A program made the position numbers and the translations under genes. Positions 50,642 through 59,027 of a DNA stretch of 64,000 bases are shown here, piece after piece; position 1 is the stretch's first letter, and each line of letters opens with the position of its first letter. The stretch comes from an uncultured Gaiellaceae bacterium (GTDB lineage Bacteria > Actinomycetota > Thermoleophilia > Gaiellales > Gaiellaceae). Below the pieces are notes generated by a model. That model did no database searches. It was not told the origin of the DNA and saw only the letters and a program-made list of their open reading frames with translations. The stretch spans positions 32,304-96,303 of the forward strand of contig CAVTSN010000021.1 in NCBI GenBank assembly GCA_963737455.1, in the 5' to 3' direction.

Positions 50642-51090
50642 TGGCGATCCTGGAGAACCCCGAGCTGACGCCGCTCGCCGCTGCGGGAGACCCGGACGAC
50701 CACCGCACAGGGTCGACCTGGTCCGGCCCGCTCGTCGACCCGGTCTCGGGCGAGGGCTACGTCCGCGACCTCTGCGTCCTCCTCGAGCGGATCGCGCCCG
50801 GCGAGAGCATCCCGCTCCACCGGCACGAGCTCGACGAGGCGATCGTGGTCGAGTCGGGACGGGTGGAGCTCCGGCTCGGGGACGAGACCCGGGTCGTCGA
50901 AGGCCGCTCGGTTGCGTTCTTCCCCGCCGGCGTCGCCCACGGCGCCCGCAACGTCGGCGCCGACGACGTCGTCTACACCGCCTTCTTCCCGTCCACCGCG
51001 ATCGACATCGAGTACCTGGAGCGGAATCCGGCTCCCGGCACCGAGGGAGACGCGCCGCAGCCCCCGGCCGTGTACGACGCTCGCGCCTAG
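50641..51090 (+). CDS. cupin domain protein
   Basis: ATGA-type overlap with the Nif3-like gene. IPLHRHELDEAIVVESGRVELRLGDE..FPAGVAHGARN. Confidence 0.8.
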   Translation: MAILENPELTPLAAAGDPDDHRTGSTWSGPLVDPVSGEGYVRDLCVLLERIAPGESIPLHRHELDEAIVVESGRVELRLGDETRVVEGRSVAFFPAGVAHGARNVGADDVVYTAFFPSTAIDIEYLERNPAPGTEGDAPQPPAVYDARA

Positions 51091-51539
51091 AGCTGCCTGC
51101 GCATGTGCACCGACTCCTCGATCCAGCCGAGGGAGCGGTAGAGGCCGCGCGCGACCTCGTTGGCGCCCCAGACGTTGAGCCCGACCGTCGTGTGCCCGAG
51201 GGCTCGCAACTCGTCCTCGAGCGCCGTCAGCGCGGCTCTCCCGACACCGCGGCCGCGCTCGGACTCGTCGATCGTGATGTCGTAGAGCCAGGCTCCGGCG
51301 TCGCGGAGACCGACGAAGACGGTACCCACCTTGCGGCCGTCGTCCTCGACCATCCAGATCCTCGTTCCCGGTGTCGCCAGCCCGTCGGGGAGGACAGCGG
51401 CGACGTCCCGCTCGACCTTCGCCTCGGCTTCCTCGCGCGTCATTCCGACGTGTGAGATCAGTCCGCGCGCGTACTCCGCGCGGTGCGCCGCGTCCCAGTC
51501 CGCGTACTCCTCCTCCCGCAGCGGCCGCAGGGCGATCAC
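51087..51539 (-). CDS. GNAT-family N-acetyltransferase
   Basis: GTG start overlaps the upstream stop (GTGA). DESERGRGVGRAALTALEDELRALG..NEVARGLYRSLGW. Confidence 0.85.
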   Translation of the reverse strand: MIALRPLREEEYADWDAAHRAEYARGLISHVGMTREEAEAKVERDVAAVLPDGLATPGTRIWMVEDDGRKVGTVFVGLRDAGAWLYDITIDESERGRGVGRAALTALEDELRALGHTTVGLNVWGANEVARGLYRSLGWIEESVHMRRQL

Positions 51540-52378
51540 GCGTCCAGCTCCGCCAGCGCGTCGATGACGGCGTGGGGCCGCTCGACGATCACGAGATGCC
51601 CGCAGTCGGCGACGAGGCGCAGCTTGGCGCGAAGCCGACGCGCGTACTCGAAGGCGTCCTCGAGCGGCAGCTGTGCATCGCGCGCGCCCCAGAGGACGAC
51701 GACCGGGCAGCCGATGTCGGGCAGATCCTGACGCGGGTCGTCGGCGATCATCGCCCGGCCCGCGACCTTCGTGTCCGTGTGCCGCGCCTGCGCGGCGAGC
51801 AGCCCGTGGGTGGCGCGGGGGGTCAGCGCGACCGGATCGGACACGAACCAGGGCCTGAAGACCGCCCTCCGGTACCAGACGCGATCGGCCCAGCGATACC
51901 GGAAGCGGGCGACGGCCCGCCCGGGCCGGATCGCCGCGGTGGCGACGACGAGCGCCTCCACCACCCGTGAGGTGGTCGCGATCCCGGCCGGAGCGACGAG
52001 GAGCAGACCGCGGACGAGATCGGGCCGCGTCCGCGCGAGCCGCAGCGCGACGAGACCGCCGAGAGAGTGGCCTGCGACGACAGCACGGTCGACACCCTCG
52101 GCGTCGAGCACCGCGGCCGTGGCGCCGGCGAAGTCGTCCATCGTCGCGCCCCGCGCGAGTGCCGCCGAGCCGGCGTGGCCCGGCAGATCGATCGCGATCA
52201 CGCGGTGGCGCCGGACGAGCTCGGGGACGACCTCGACCCAGTTCTCGGCCGAGCCACCGAGGCCGTGGACGAGGAGGAGTGGGTCGCCCGCTCCGCCGAC
52301 GTGGTACTCGACCGACCCGGCGACCCTGGTCTCGAGGGTCGTTGCAGCCGTCATCCCGGCAAAGTATCCTGTGGCCAC
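51536..52378 (-). CDS. alpha/beta-fold hydrolase
   Basis: LLLVHGLGGS, nucleophile elbow GHSLGG, C-terminal DCGHLV. The start is 52378 or 52354. Confidence 0.88.
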   Translation of the reverse strand: MATGYFAGMTAATTLETRVAGSVEYHVGGAGDPLLLVHGLGGSAENWVEVVPELVRRHRVIAIDLPGHAGSAALARGATMDDFAGATAAVLDAEGVDRAVVAGHSLGGLVALRLARTRPDLVRGLLLVAPAGIATTSRVVEALVVATAAIRPGRAVARFRYRWADRVWYRRAVFRPWFVSDPVALTPRATHGLLAAQARHTDTKVAGRAMIADDPRQDLPDIGCPVVVLWGARDAQLPLEDAFEYARRLRAKLRLVADCGHLVIVERPHAVIDALAELDA

Positions 52379-52508
52379 ATGGTGATTGTGGGGACGCGGG
52401 CCCGTTGATTCCCGCGAACAACGAGCGAGCGATGTCCGAGCCCGCCTGAGCGCAGCAACTTGCGCCCAGCGGGCTTTTTCATTGCCGCGAGACAGAGGAG
52501 GCAGACCA

Positions 52509-52679
52509 ATGGCGAATCACCTGACGCCCGATGAGCTTTCGAAGGAGCTCGGCATCGACCGGCAGGAAGTGATTCGGGTGTGCATCGAGGAAGGCGTGCC
52601 CATCTACCAGGGCAAGATCGACAAGACCCTCTTCGCAGCGCAGCTCCAGGCGCTCGGGGCGACGCCCCAACATCACTAG
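52509..52679 (+). CDS. small helix-turn-helix protein (56 aa, excisionase/MerR-like fold suspected)
   Basis: ATG preceded by AGAGGAGG. MANHLTPDELSKELGIDRQEVIRVCIEEGVPIYQGKIDKTLF. Followed by a strong hairpin. Confidence 0.55.
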   Translation: MANHLTPDELSKELGIDRQEVIRVCIEEGVPIYQGKIDKTLFAAQLQALGATPQHH

Positions 52680-52692
52680 ACCAGCCGCGCAA

Positions 52693-52722
52693 GATCGGAA
52701 TCCGCAGAAGCGGATCCCGATC
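52693..52722. terminator. 13-bp hairpin between the small HTH gene and ku (convergent)
   Basis: GATCGGaATCCGC-agaa-GCGGATcCCGATC (one mismatch). Confidence 0.6.
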
Positions 52723-52732
52723 GCGCAAAGAT

Positions 52733-52755
52733 CCCTAAAGGGGCGCTTCGCGCCC
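52733..52755. repeat. REP-like element: CCCTAAAGGGG plus GC hairpin
   Basis: CCCTAAAGGGGCGC-ttc-GCGCCC. Same family as 27304-27328 and 23744-23772. Confidence 0.55.
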
Positions 52756-52783
52756 ACACCAGCTAGCTAACTGTCGCGGTGAC

Positions 52784-53662
52784 CTAGCGCGCTGCGGTCT
52801 TCTTTGGCCGCGCAGCAGCCTTCTTCGGCGCCGCCTTCTTCTTGGCGGCGCCGTTCCCGGCCTGCTTGGCCGACTTGGCCTCCTCGACGCTGCGGCGCAG
52901 CGCCTCCATCAGGTCGACCGTCGGCGCTTCCTCCGCCGGCTCCGGCGCGGCTGCGATCTCCTCGCCCGCGAGCTTCGCCTCGAGCAGAGCCTTCAGGTCG
53001 CGGCGGTAGTCGCTCTGGAGCTCTGACGCGTCGAACTCGCCGGCGAGGCTCTCGATCACCTGCTGCGCGAGCGCCAGCTCGGGCGGCTTCACGCTCGTCT
53101 CCTCGACAGCCTCCTCGATCTCTGCCTGCGAGTAGACGTCGGCGGCGAGGAAGAGCGTCTCGAGCGCGAGCGCGTCGCCCTTCGGCCGGATCAGGCAGAG
53201 CTTCTCCTTGCCCTGCTGCACGAAGCGGCCGAGCGCCGCCATCCCGCTCTCGTTCATCGCGTTCAGCAGCAGCACGTACGGCCGCCGCGCCGCCGGCGCC
53301 TGCGCGGGCACGAGGAAGTAGGTGCGGTCGAAGAAGATCGGGTCGACCTCGGCTGCGTCGACGAAGCGGCTGATCTCGATCGAGCGGGAGTCGTCCCGGT
53401 TCGTCAGCGCCTCGATCTCCTCGTCCTCGACGATCACGAACTGACCCTTCGCGACCTCCCAGCCCTTGACGATCTCGTCCGGGCCGAGGTCGCGCTCGTG
53501 CACCGGGCAGAAGCGCTTCTGCTTGATCGGCGTGCCGCACTCGCGGTGCAGCATCCGGAAGGAGACGTCCGATGCGCGCGCCGCAGGCTTGGTCGCCGGG
53601 GCGAGGCCCACGGGGATCGAGACGAGTCCGAAGCTGATCGAGCCGTTCCAGGTCGTACGCAT
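52784..53662 (-). CDS. ku: Ku protein (non-homologous end joining)
   Basis: ATG at 53662. MRTTWNGSISFGLVSIPVGLAPAT..DEIVKGWEV..GQFVIVEDEEI..IFFDRTYFLVP. Basic tail AKKKAAPKKAAARPKKTAAR. Confidence 0.93.
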   Translation of the reverse strand: MRTTWNGSISFGLVSIPVGLAPATKPAARASDVSFRMLHRECGTPIKQKRFCPVHERDLGPDEIVKGWEVAKGQFVIVEDEEIEALTNRDDSRSIEISRFVDAAEVDPIFFDRTYFLVPAQAPAARRPYVLLLNAMNESGMAALGRFVQQGKEKLCLIRPKGDALALETLFLAADVYSQAEIEEAVEETSVKPPELALAQQVIESLAGEFDASELQSDYRRDLKALLEAKLAGEEIAAAPEPAEEAPTVDLMEALRRSVEEAKSAKQAGNGAAKKKAAPKKAAARPKKTAAR

Positions 53663-53734
53663 GTGCCCTTTCAGTCTAATGAACCGAATCGATTCGCCCT
53701 TCCCGACGGCTTCCCTTCTCCATAAAGTGCGGAC

Positions 53735-55525
53735 ATGGGAGAGAAGCGAACGATCGAGCGGCTCTGGCGCGACGCCGCCGCAGCCGGGCGGACGACGCCG
53801 GCGTACCTGGTCCAGGACGGTGCGGAGTGGCGCCCGCTCTCGTGGGCGGAGGCGGCCGAGCGCGTCGAGAGCTACGCGAACGGGCTCTTGTCGCTCGGCG
53901 TTCGCAAAGGCGACGCCTTCGCGATCCTCGGCTCGAGCCGCGTCGAGTGGGCGCTGTTCGACTTCGCGCTCGGCTCGGTCGGCGCGATCGGCGCTGCGAT
54001 CTACGCGAACAGCTCCCCGAAGGATGCGGGCTACATCCTCGGGCACTCGGAGTCGATCGGCGTGCTCTGCGAGGACGAGACCCAGCGCGCGAAGGTCGAG
54101 TCCGTTCGCGGCGACGCGCCCGACCTCCGCCACGTGCTCACCTACGCCGACCTCGACGACCTGGCCGCGCGAGGACGCGCCTTCGCAGCGGAGCACCCGA
54201 ACGCGCTGCGCGAAGCCGCCGCGCGGATCGAGGAGGACGACCTCTTCACGTACATCTACACGTCCGGGACGACCGGGCCGCCGAAGGGCTGCATGATCTC
54301 GCACCGCAACTACTACGCGATGGTCGCGGTCGTCGACGATCTACCGAGCTTCACCGGGCCCGAGGACACGATGCTCCTCTACCTTCCGCTCGCGCACAAC
54401 TTCGGCCGGCTCATGCACCTCTCCGGCGCGTACGTGGGCTACGCGATCGCGTTCCTGCCCGATCCGCTCCAGGCCGCGGCGGCGCTGCCGGCGGTGAAGC
54501 CGACCGTCTTCCCGAGCGTGCCCCGCGTCTACGAGAAGATCCACACCGCGGTCGTCGCCAAGTTCGACGCCGAAAAAGGCGCGAAGCAGAAGCTGATCGG
54601 CTGGGCACTCGACGTCGGCGGGCGCGTCAGCACGCTCCGGCGCAGCGGCCGGCCCGTGCCGCGCGGCCTCCTCCTCCAGCACCGCCTCGCCGACCGGCTC
54701 GTCTACTCGAAGGTGAAGGACCGCCTCGGCGGCCGCATGCGGCTGGCGATCTCCGGCGGCGCACCACTCTCGGCCGAGATCGCCGAGTTCTTCCACGCGA
54801 TCGACATCCTCCTGATCGAGGGCTACGGCCTCACCGAGTGCACGACCGCCGCCTCGACGAACACGCACGAGGCCTTCCGCTTCGGCACCGTGGGGCGGGC
54901 GCTCCCCGGCACCGAGCTCAAGGTGGCGGAGGACGGCGAGCTCCTGATCCGGAGCGAGACGGTCTTCCAGGGCTATTACAAGGACCCGTCCGCCACCGCC
55001 GAGGTACTCGACGCCGACGGCTGGCTCCGCAGCGGCGACATCGCCGAGATCGACGCGGACGGGTTCGTCACGATCACCGACCGCAAGAAGGACATCATCG
55101 TCACCGCCGGCGGCAAGAACGTGGCGCCGCAGAACCTGGAGAACGACCTCAAGGCCTCGAAGTACGTCTCCCAGGCGATGGTCGTCGGCGACCGGCAGCC
55201 CTACATCGCGGCGTTGATCACGCTCGACCCTGAGTCGCTCCCCGCCTGGGCGGAAGAGCGCGGGCTGCCGACCGACATGGAGAGCTTGGCCAGGTCGGAC
55301 GAGGTGCGGGAGCTGGTGCAGGGGATCGTCGACGACGTCAACGCCGAGCGCTCGCGCTACGAGCAGGTGAAGCGGTTCACGATCCTGCCGCGCGACTTCA
55401 CGATGGACGCCGACGAGCTGACGCCGACGCTGAAGCTGAAGCGGCGCGTCGTGGCGGAGCACTTCGGCGCCGAGCTCGGCGAGCTCTACCAGGGCGAGAC
55501 GCTGAACCAGGCGGCCGGCATCTGA
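53735..55525 (+). CDS. long-chain-fatty-acid--CoA ligase (AMP-dependent synthetase, FadD15-like)
   Basis: IYTSGTTGPPKGCMISHRN, EGYGLTE, GWLRSGD, TDRKKDII. 596 aa. Confidence 0.93.
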   Translation: MGEKRTIERLWRDAAAAGRTTPAYLVQDGAEWRPLSWAEAAERVESYANGLLSLGVRKGDAFAILGSSRVEWALFDFALGSVGAIGAAIYANSSPKDAGYILGHSESIGVLCEDETQRAKVESVRGDAPDLRHVLTYADLDDLAARGRAFAAEHPNALREAAARIEEDDLFTYIYTSGTTGPPKGCMISHRNYYAMVAVVDDLPSFTGPEDTMLLYLPLAHNFGRLMHLSGAYVGYAIAFLPDPLQAAAALPAVKPTVFPSVPRVYEKIHTAVVAKFDAEKGAKQKLIGWALDVGGRVSTLRRSGRPVPRGLLLQHRLADRLVYSKVKDRLGGRMRLAISGGAPLSAEIAEFFHAIDILLIEGYGLTECTTAASTNTHEAFRFGTVGRALPGTELKVAEDGELLIRSETVFQGYYKDPSATAEVLDADGWLRSGDIAEIDADGFVTITDRKKDIIVTAGGKNVAPQNLENDLKASKYVSQAMVVGDRQPYIAALITLDPESLPAWAEERGLPTDMESLARSDEVRELVQGIVDDVNAERSRYEQVKRFTILPRDFTMDADELTPTLKLKRRVVAEHFGAELGELYQGETLNQAAGI

Positions 55526-55971
55526 GCCTCAACCGGCTCGCGTTCAGCGCGACGGCTCACTGCCTCACCGGCTGCGCGATCGGCGAGGTGCTCGGGATGG
55601 TCATCGGCACCGCGCTCGGCTGGGGCGACTTCGAGACGATCGTGCTCGCGGTCCTGCTCGCCTTCTTCTTCGGCTACTCGCTGACGATGCTGCCGCTGCT
55701 TCGCAGCGGCCTCGCGCTCGCAGCCGCGATCCCGCTCGCGCTCGCCTCGGACACGATCTCGATCGCGGTGATGGAGGTGGTCGACAACGCGATCATGCTG
55801 CTGATCCCCGGGGCGATGGAGGCCGGGCTGACGAACCTGCTCTTCTGGGGCAGCCTCGCGGTCGCGCTCCTGATCGCCGGCGCGGTCGCCTTCCCCGTCA
55901 ACCGCTGGCTGATCGCCCGCGGCAAGGGCCACGCGGTAGTGCATGAGCACCACCACGGGCACGCGCGCTAG
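55522..55971 (+). CDS. DUF4396 domain-containing membrane protein (start unresolved)
   Basis: The conserved N-terminal stretch LNRLAFSATAHCLTGCAIGEVLGMVIG lies upstream of the first canonical start (GTG 55588). The only start-like codon is a CTG at 55522 overlapping the fadD stop (CTGA). His-rich C-terminus HAVVHEHHHGH. Confidence 0.7.
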   Translation: MSLNRLAFSATAHCLTGCAIGEVLGMVIGTALGWGDFETIVLAVLLAFFFGYSLTMLPLLRSGLALAAAIPLALASDTISIAVMEVVDNAIMLLIPGAMEAGLTNLLFWGSLAVALLIAGAVAFPVNRWLIARGKGHAVVHEHHHGHAR

Positions 55972-57087
55972 ATCCTTCTTCCCCCCACCCAGGTACTGGC
56001 GTACCAGGAGTCGGACAGGCTCGAGATCTTGACCACGTCGCCCGTGTGCGGCGAGTGGATGAACTGGCCGCCGCCGATGTAGATGCCCGCGTGGCCGAGC
56101 CCGTTGAAGAAGACGAGGTCGCCGGCCTGGAGCTGGTCGCGCGAGACCGGCGAGCCCATGCCGTACTGCGAGGCGGCGTGGTGAGGGAGCGAGACGCCGA
56201 CCTGCGAATAGACGTACATGATGAAGCCGGAGCAGTCGAAGCCGCCCGGGCTGGCACCGCCCCAGACGTACGGGGTGCCGAGGTACTGCATCGCGATCCC
56301 GACGACACCGCCGAAGCGCGCGTCGGGTGGGGCCGCAATCGCCGCTTCGACCGAGTCCGCCTCCACGAGCGCCTCCGGCGCGGCCTCGGTGGGCGCCTGC
56401 TGCGCGGCGCGGAAGCGTGCCTGCGCCTGTGCCGCGAGCCGCTGCTGGCGCAGCCGCTCGGCCGCTTCCAGGCTCGCGATCTGATCCTTGATCGACGAGA
56501 GCAGGCGCTGGCGCTCGACGAGCTGGCCCTCGATCGAGCTGCGCTGCGCGGCCCGGTCGGCGACGACGGACACCTGGGCCTTCTGCGCGCGCTCGAGGCG
56601 GCCCTTGCGTTCGATCACCTGCGCCCGGAAGCTCTTGACCTCGCGGAGCACCCGCGCGTCCTGCGCGGAGACGCGATCGACCGCGTCGATCCGGTTCAGC
56701 AGGTCGTCGATCGACTTTGCCCCGAGGATGACCTCGATCGTGCTGGCGTCGCCGCCACCCTTGTAGAGCGAGACGAGGCGCTCGGACAGATGCACCTGCG
56801 CCCGCTTGAGGCTCGTCCGCGCGATCGTCAGATGCTGCGAGTTCGTCTTCAGGTCGGCCTTGATCCGGTCCAGCTTGACGTTGGCGAGGTTGTACGCCTC
56901 GATCGCGTGCGAGAGCTGCCCGTCGATCTCCTGGATCTGGGCGAGGACGCTCTGCGCCTCCGCGCGCTTCGCCGAGATGGACGGATCGGCCGCCGCGGAT
57001 TCTCACGGATGCCAAAGAAGCGGCCACGAAAAGTGCCGTCAACAGCGTAAGGATCAGCGGCGCCTGTCTCGTGCCCGAGCGGATTAC
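55968..57087 (-). pseudogene. NlpC/P60 peptidoglycan endopeptidase with N-terminal coiled-coil domain; frameshift after the signal peptide, start unresolved
   Basis: C-terminal YLGTPYVWGGASPGGFDCSGFIMYVY..GDLVFF..HAGIYIGGGQFIHSP (Cys-His catalytic pair). The coiled-coil frame is open upstream to a TGA at about 57006 and reads SAAADPSISAKRAEAQSVLAQIQEIDGQL.. The signal peptide (IRSGTRQAPLILTLLTALFVAASLASVR) is in the adjacent frame. Removing one A near 57000-57003 joins them. No canonical start precedes the signal peptide. Confidence 0.8.
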
Positions 57088-57273
57088 GCTTCCTTCCGTC
57101 CGAACACGCGCGGCAACCCGGTGGGGGCCAGGTCCGTCACAAGTCGCGCACCCTAGCAGCCCTGCCGGATGGCTGCAACGCTCAACTGAGCCAAAAATCG
57201 CGGTCTCTGCCCAATCCTTACGAAGCACAAACAACCGCACCAACTGGCCCAAAAGTGCTACGGTCCGCGCCTC
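57088..57273. other. long, comparatively AT-richer divergent leader between two cell-wall hydrolase genes (candidate regulatory RNA)
   Basis: About 185 nt with hairpins GCAGCC-9nt-GGCTGC (57156-57176) and GCTC-aact-GAGC (57180-57191). A possible closing helix pairs GCTTC 57088-92 with GAAGC 57222-26. GGUGGGGGCC and GCCCAAUCC strings are present. Confidence 0.3.
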
Positions 57274-58312
57274 GTGAAAGCGCACTCGACGAGCGATGCG
57301 GCGCGTTTCGCTGCCGTTTTCACGGGCTTGCTGCTGCTCGCGTCCGTTCCGGTCGCGCTCGCTGCCGACGCGACCGAGTTGCGGTCGCAGGCGGCTGGGT
57401 TGCAGGCCCGTTCCGACTCCCTCGAGGGGCGCGCCGCCGCGGCCACGCTCGAGCTCTACTCCCTCGAGGCGCAGCTGGGCCGGGCTCGCAGCGAGCTGGC
57501 CGGCATCGAGGGTCGCCGCGGGGCTCTCGCACGTGAGCAGGCGTCAGCGCGAACGCAGTTGGTCGTCGCGAAGCAGGCGCTGCTCACATCCGAGGGCGAG
57601 CTCTCGAACCTCGCCCGCGCGCTCTACCAGCAGTCGGGCAGCGATCCGCTGGCCGTCGTGCTCGGAGCGAAGTCGATCGAAGAGGCGCTCGCCGGCCTCG
57701 ACGGGATCAGCCGGGCGGCCGGACAGAGCAACCGGATCGTCGAGCAGGCGCGCTCGGCGCGCAACACGGCTCGCCGGCCTCTCCGCACGGCTGTCGCAAC
57801 GGCAGGCCGAGCTGGACGGGCTCGCGGCGGCCGCGAAGGCTCGCGCAGGCTCGCTCGCTGCGACCACCGCCGCACGGCGCGGGCTGATCGGCGAACTGCG
57901 CCGGCAGCAAGGGTTGAACGCAGCGCGGATCGCGGCAATCGAGACCCAGGCACAAACGGCGGCAGCCCGGACGACGGCGGTCGCGGTCACGTTGCCTGCA
58001 CCCGCGCTCGCCCCGATCGAGGCCGCCGCCCCGATCGTCACGCCCTCCGGCGAGCGCACGCTGACGGTCAGCTCGACCGGCTACACGATCCGCGGCAGGA
58101 CGTCGACCGGGATCCCGACCGCGCCCGGCGTCGTCGCCGTCGACCCCTCGGTGATCCCGCTCGGGACGCGTCTGACGATTCCCGGGTACGGCGTCGGGAT
58201 CGCTGCCGACACGGGCAGTGCAGTGCAGGGGAACACGATCGACGTGTGGTTCCCGACGAAGGCGCTGGCGCTCCAGTGGGGCCGCCGAGTCGTCACCGTC
58301 ACCATCCACTAG
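57274..58312 (+). pseudogene. 3D-domain (MltA/RlpA-like lytic fold) cell-wall protein with N-terminal coiled-coil; single frameshift
   Basis: Signal peptide AAVFTGLLLLASVPVALAADA. The coiled-coil (LYQQSGSDPLAVVLGAKSIEEALAGLDGISRAAGQSNRIVEQARSAR) is in one frame. It continues as RLAGLSARLSQRQAELDGL.. and into the 3D domain (STGYTIRGRTSTGIPTAPGVVAVDPSVIPLGTRLTIPGYGVGIAADTGSAVQGNTIDVWF) in the next frame. An extra base is likely near 57762-57766. Confidence 0.8.
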
Positions 58313-58344
58313 TAGACTCGCGCCTGCCAACCGAGGGGGCAGCG

Positions 58345-59025
58345 CTGAACGACACCGCTTCGATCGAGGACACTGAGACGCACGCGATCCGCGTGCTCCT
58401 CGTCGACGATCACGACCTCTTCCGCACCGGCCTGCGCAACCTGCTCGAGGAGCAGGGCGTCGACATCGTCGCCGAGGCATCGAGCGGGTCGGAGGCGCTC
58501 CAGTACGTGCGCGAGGCCGCCCCGGACGTGGTCGTGATGGACCTGAACATGCCGGGCATGACCGGCGTCGAGGCAACACGTCACATCAGCCGTGACGCGC
58601 CGCTCACTCGCGTGGTCGTGCTGACGATCTCCGACCAGGAGCAGGACGTGATGGACGCGATCCTCGCCGGCGCCTGCGGCTACCTGCTCAAGGACGCGTC
58701 GATCCAGGAGCTGATGCAGGGGCTCGAGGCTGCGGCCGTGGGCGAGTCGCTGATCTCGCCGCACATCGCCGGCAAGGTGCTCCAGCACGTGCGCGCGACG
58801 ACCGCCGCGCCCGAGGCCGCCGCCACGATCAGGACCGAGCTCTCCGACCGCGAGATCCAGGTGCTGAAGCTGATCGCGAACGGCAAGGACAACGCGATGA
58901 TCGCCGGCGAGCTCCACATCAGCCCGAAGACGGTCAAGAACCACATCTCGAACATCCTGATGAAGCTGCAGATCGAGAACCGGATCCAGGCCGCGGTCTA
59001 CGCGGTCCGGTCGGGGATCGTCTAG
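58345..59025 (+). CDS. NarL/LuxR-family response regulator (orphan; start unresolved)
   Basis: Receiver IRVLLVDDHDLFRTGL..VVVMDLNMPGMTG..K. HTH LSDREIQVLKLIANGKDNAMIAGELHISPKTVKNHISNILMKL. GAGGGGG lies 5 nt upstream of a CTG at 58345. The first canonical start is a GTG at 58393, inside the beta-1 strand. Confidence 0.88.
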   Translation: MNDTASIEDTETHAIRVLLVDDHDLFRTGLRNLLEEQGVDIVAEASSGSEALQYVREAAPDVVVMDLNMPGMTGVEATRHISRDAPLTRVVVLTISDQEQDVMDAILAGACGYLLKDASIQELMQGLEAAAVGESLISPHIAGKVLQHVRATTAAPEAAATIRTELSDREIQVLKLIANGKDNAMIAGELHISPKTVKNHISNILMKLQIENRIQAAVYAVRSGIV

Positions 59026-59027
59026 AG

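Noticed and set aside
47408-51090. Three cupin genes, a Nif3-like gene and a DHFR-like gene considered as a coordinated novel pathway.
   Set aside because: They are on different strands and separated by terminators and a tRNA. Cupins are abundant generic folds, and nothing in the sequence ties them together.
52509-52679. Toxin-antitoxin or excisionase-integrase module around the small HTH gene.
   Set aside because: There is no partner toxin or integrase ORF on either side. The neighbours are an alpha/beta hydrolase and Ku.
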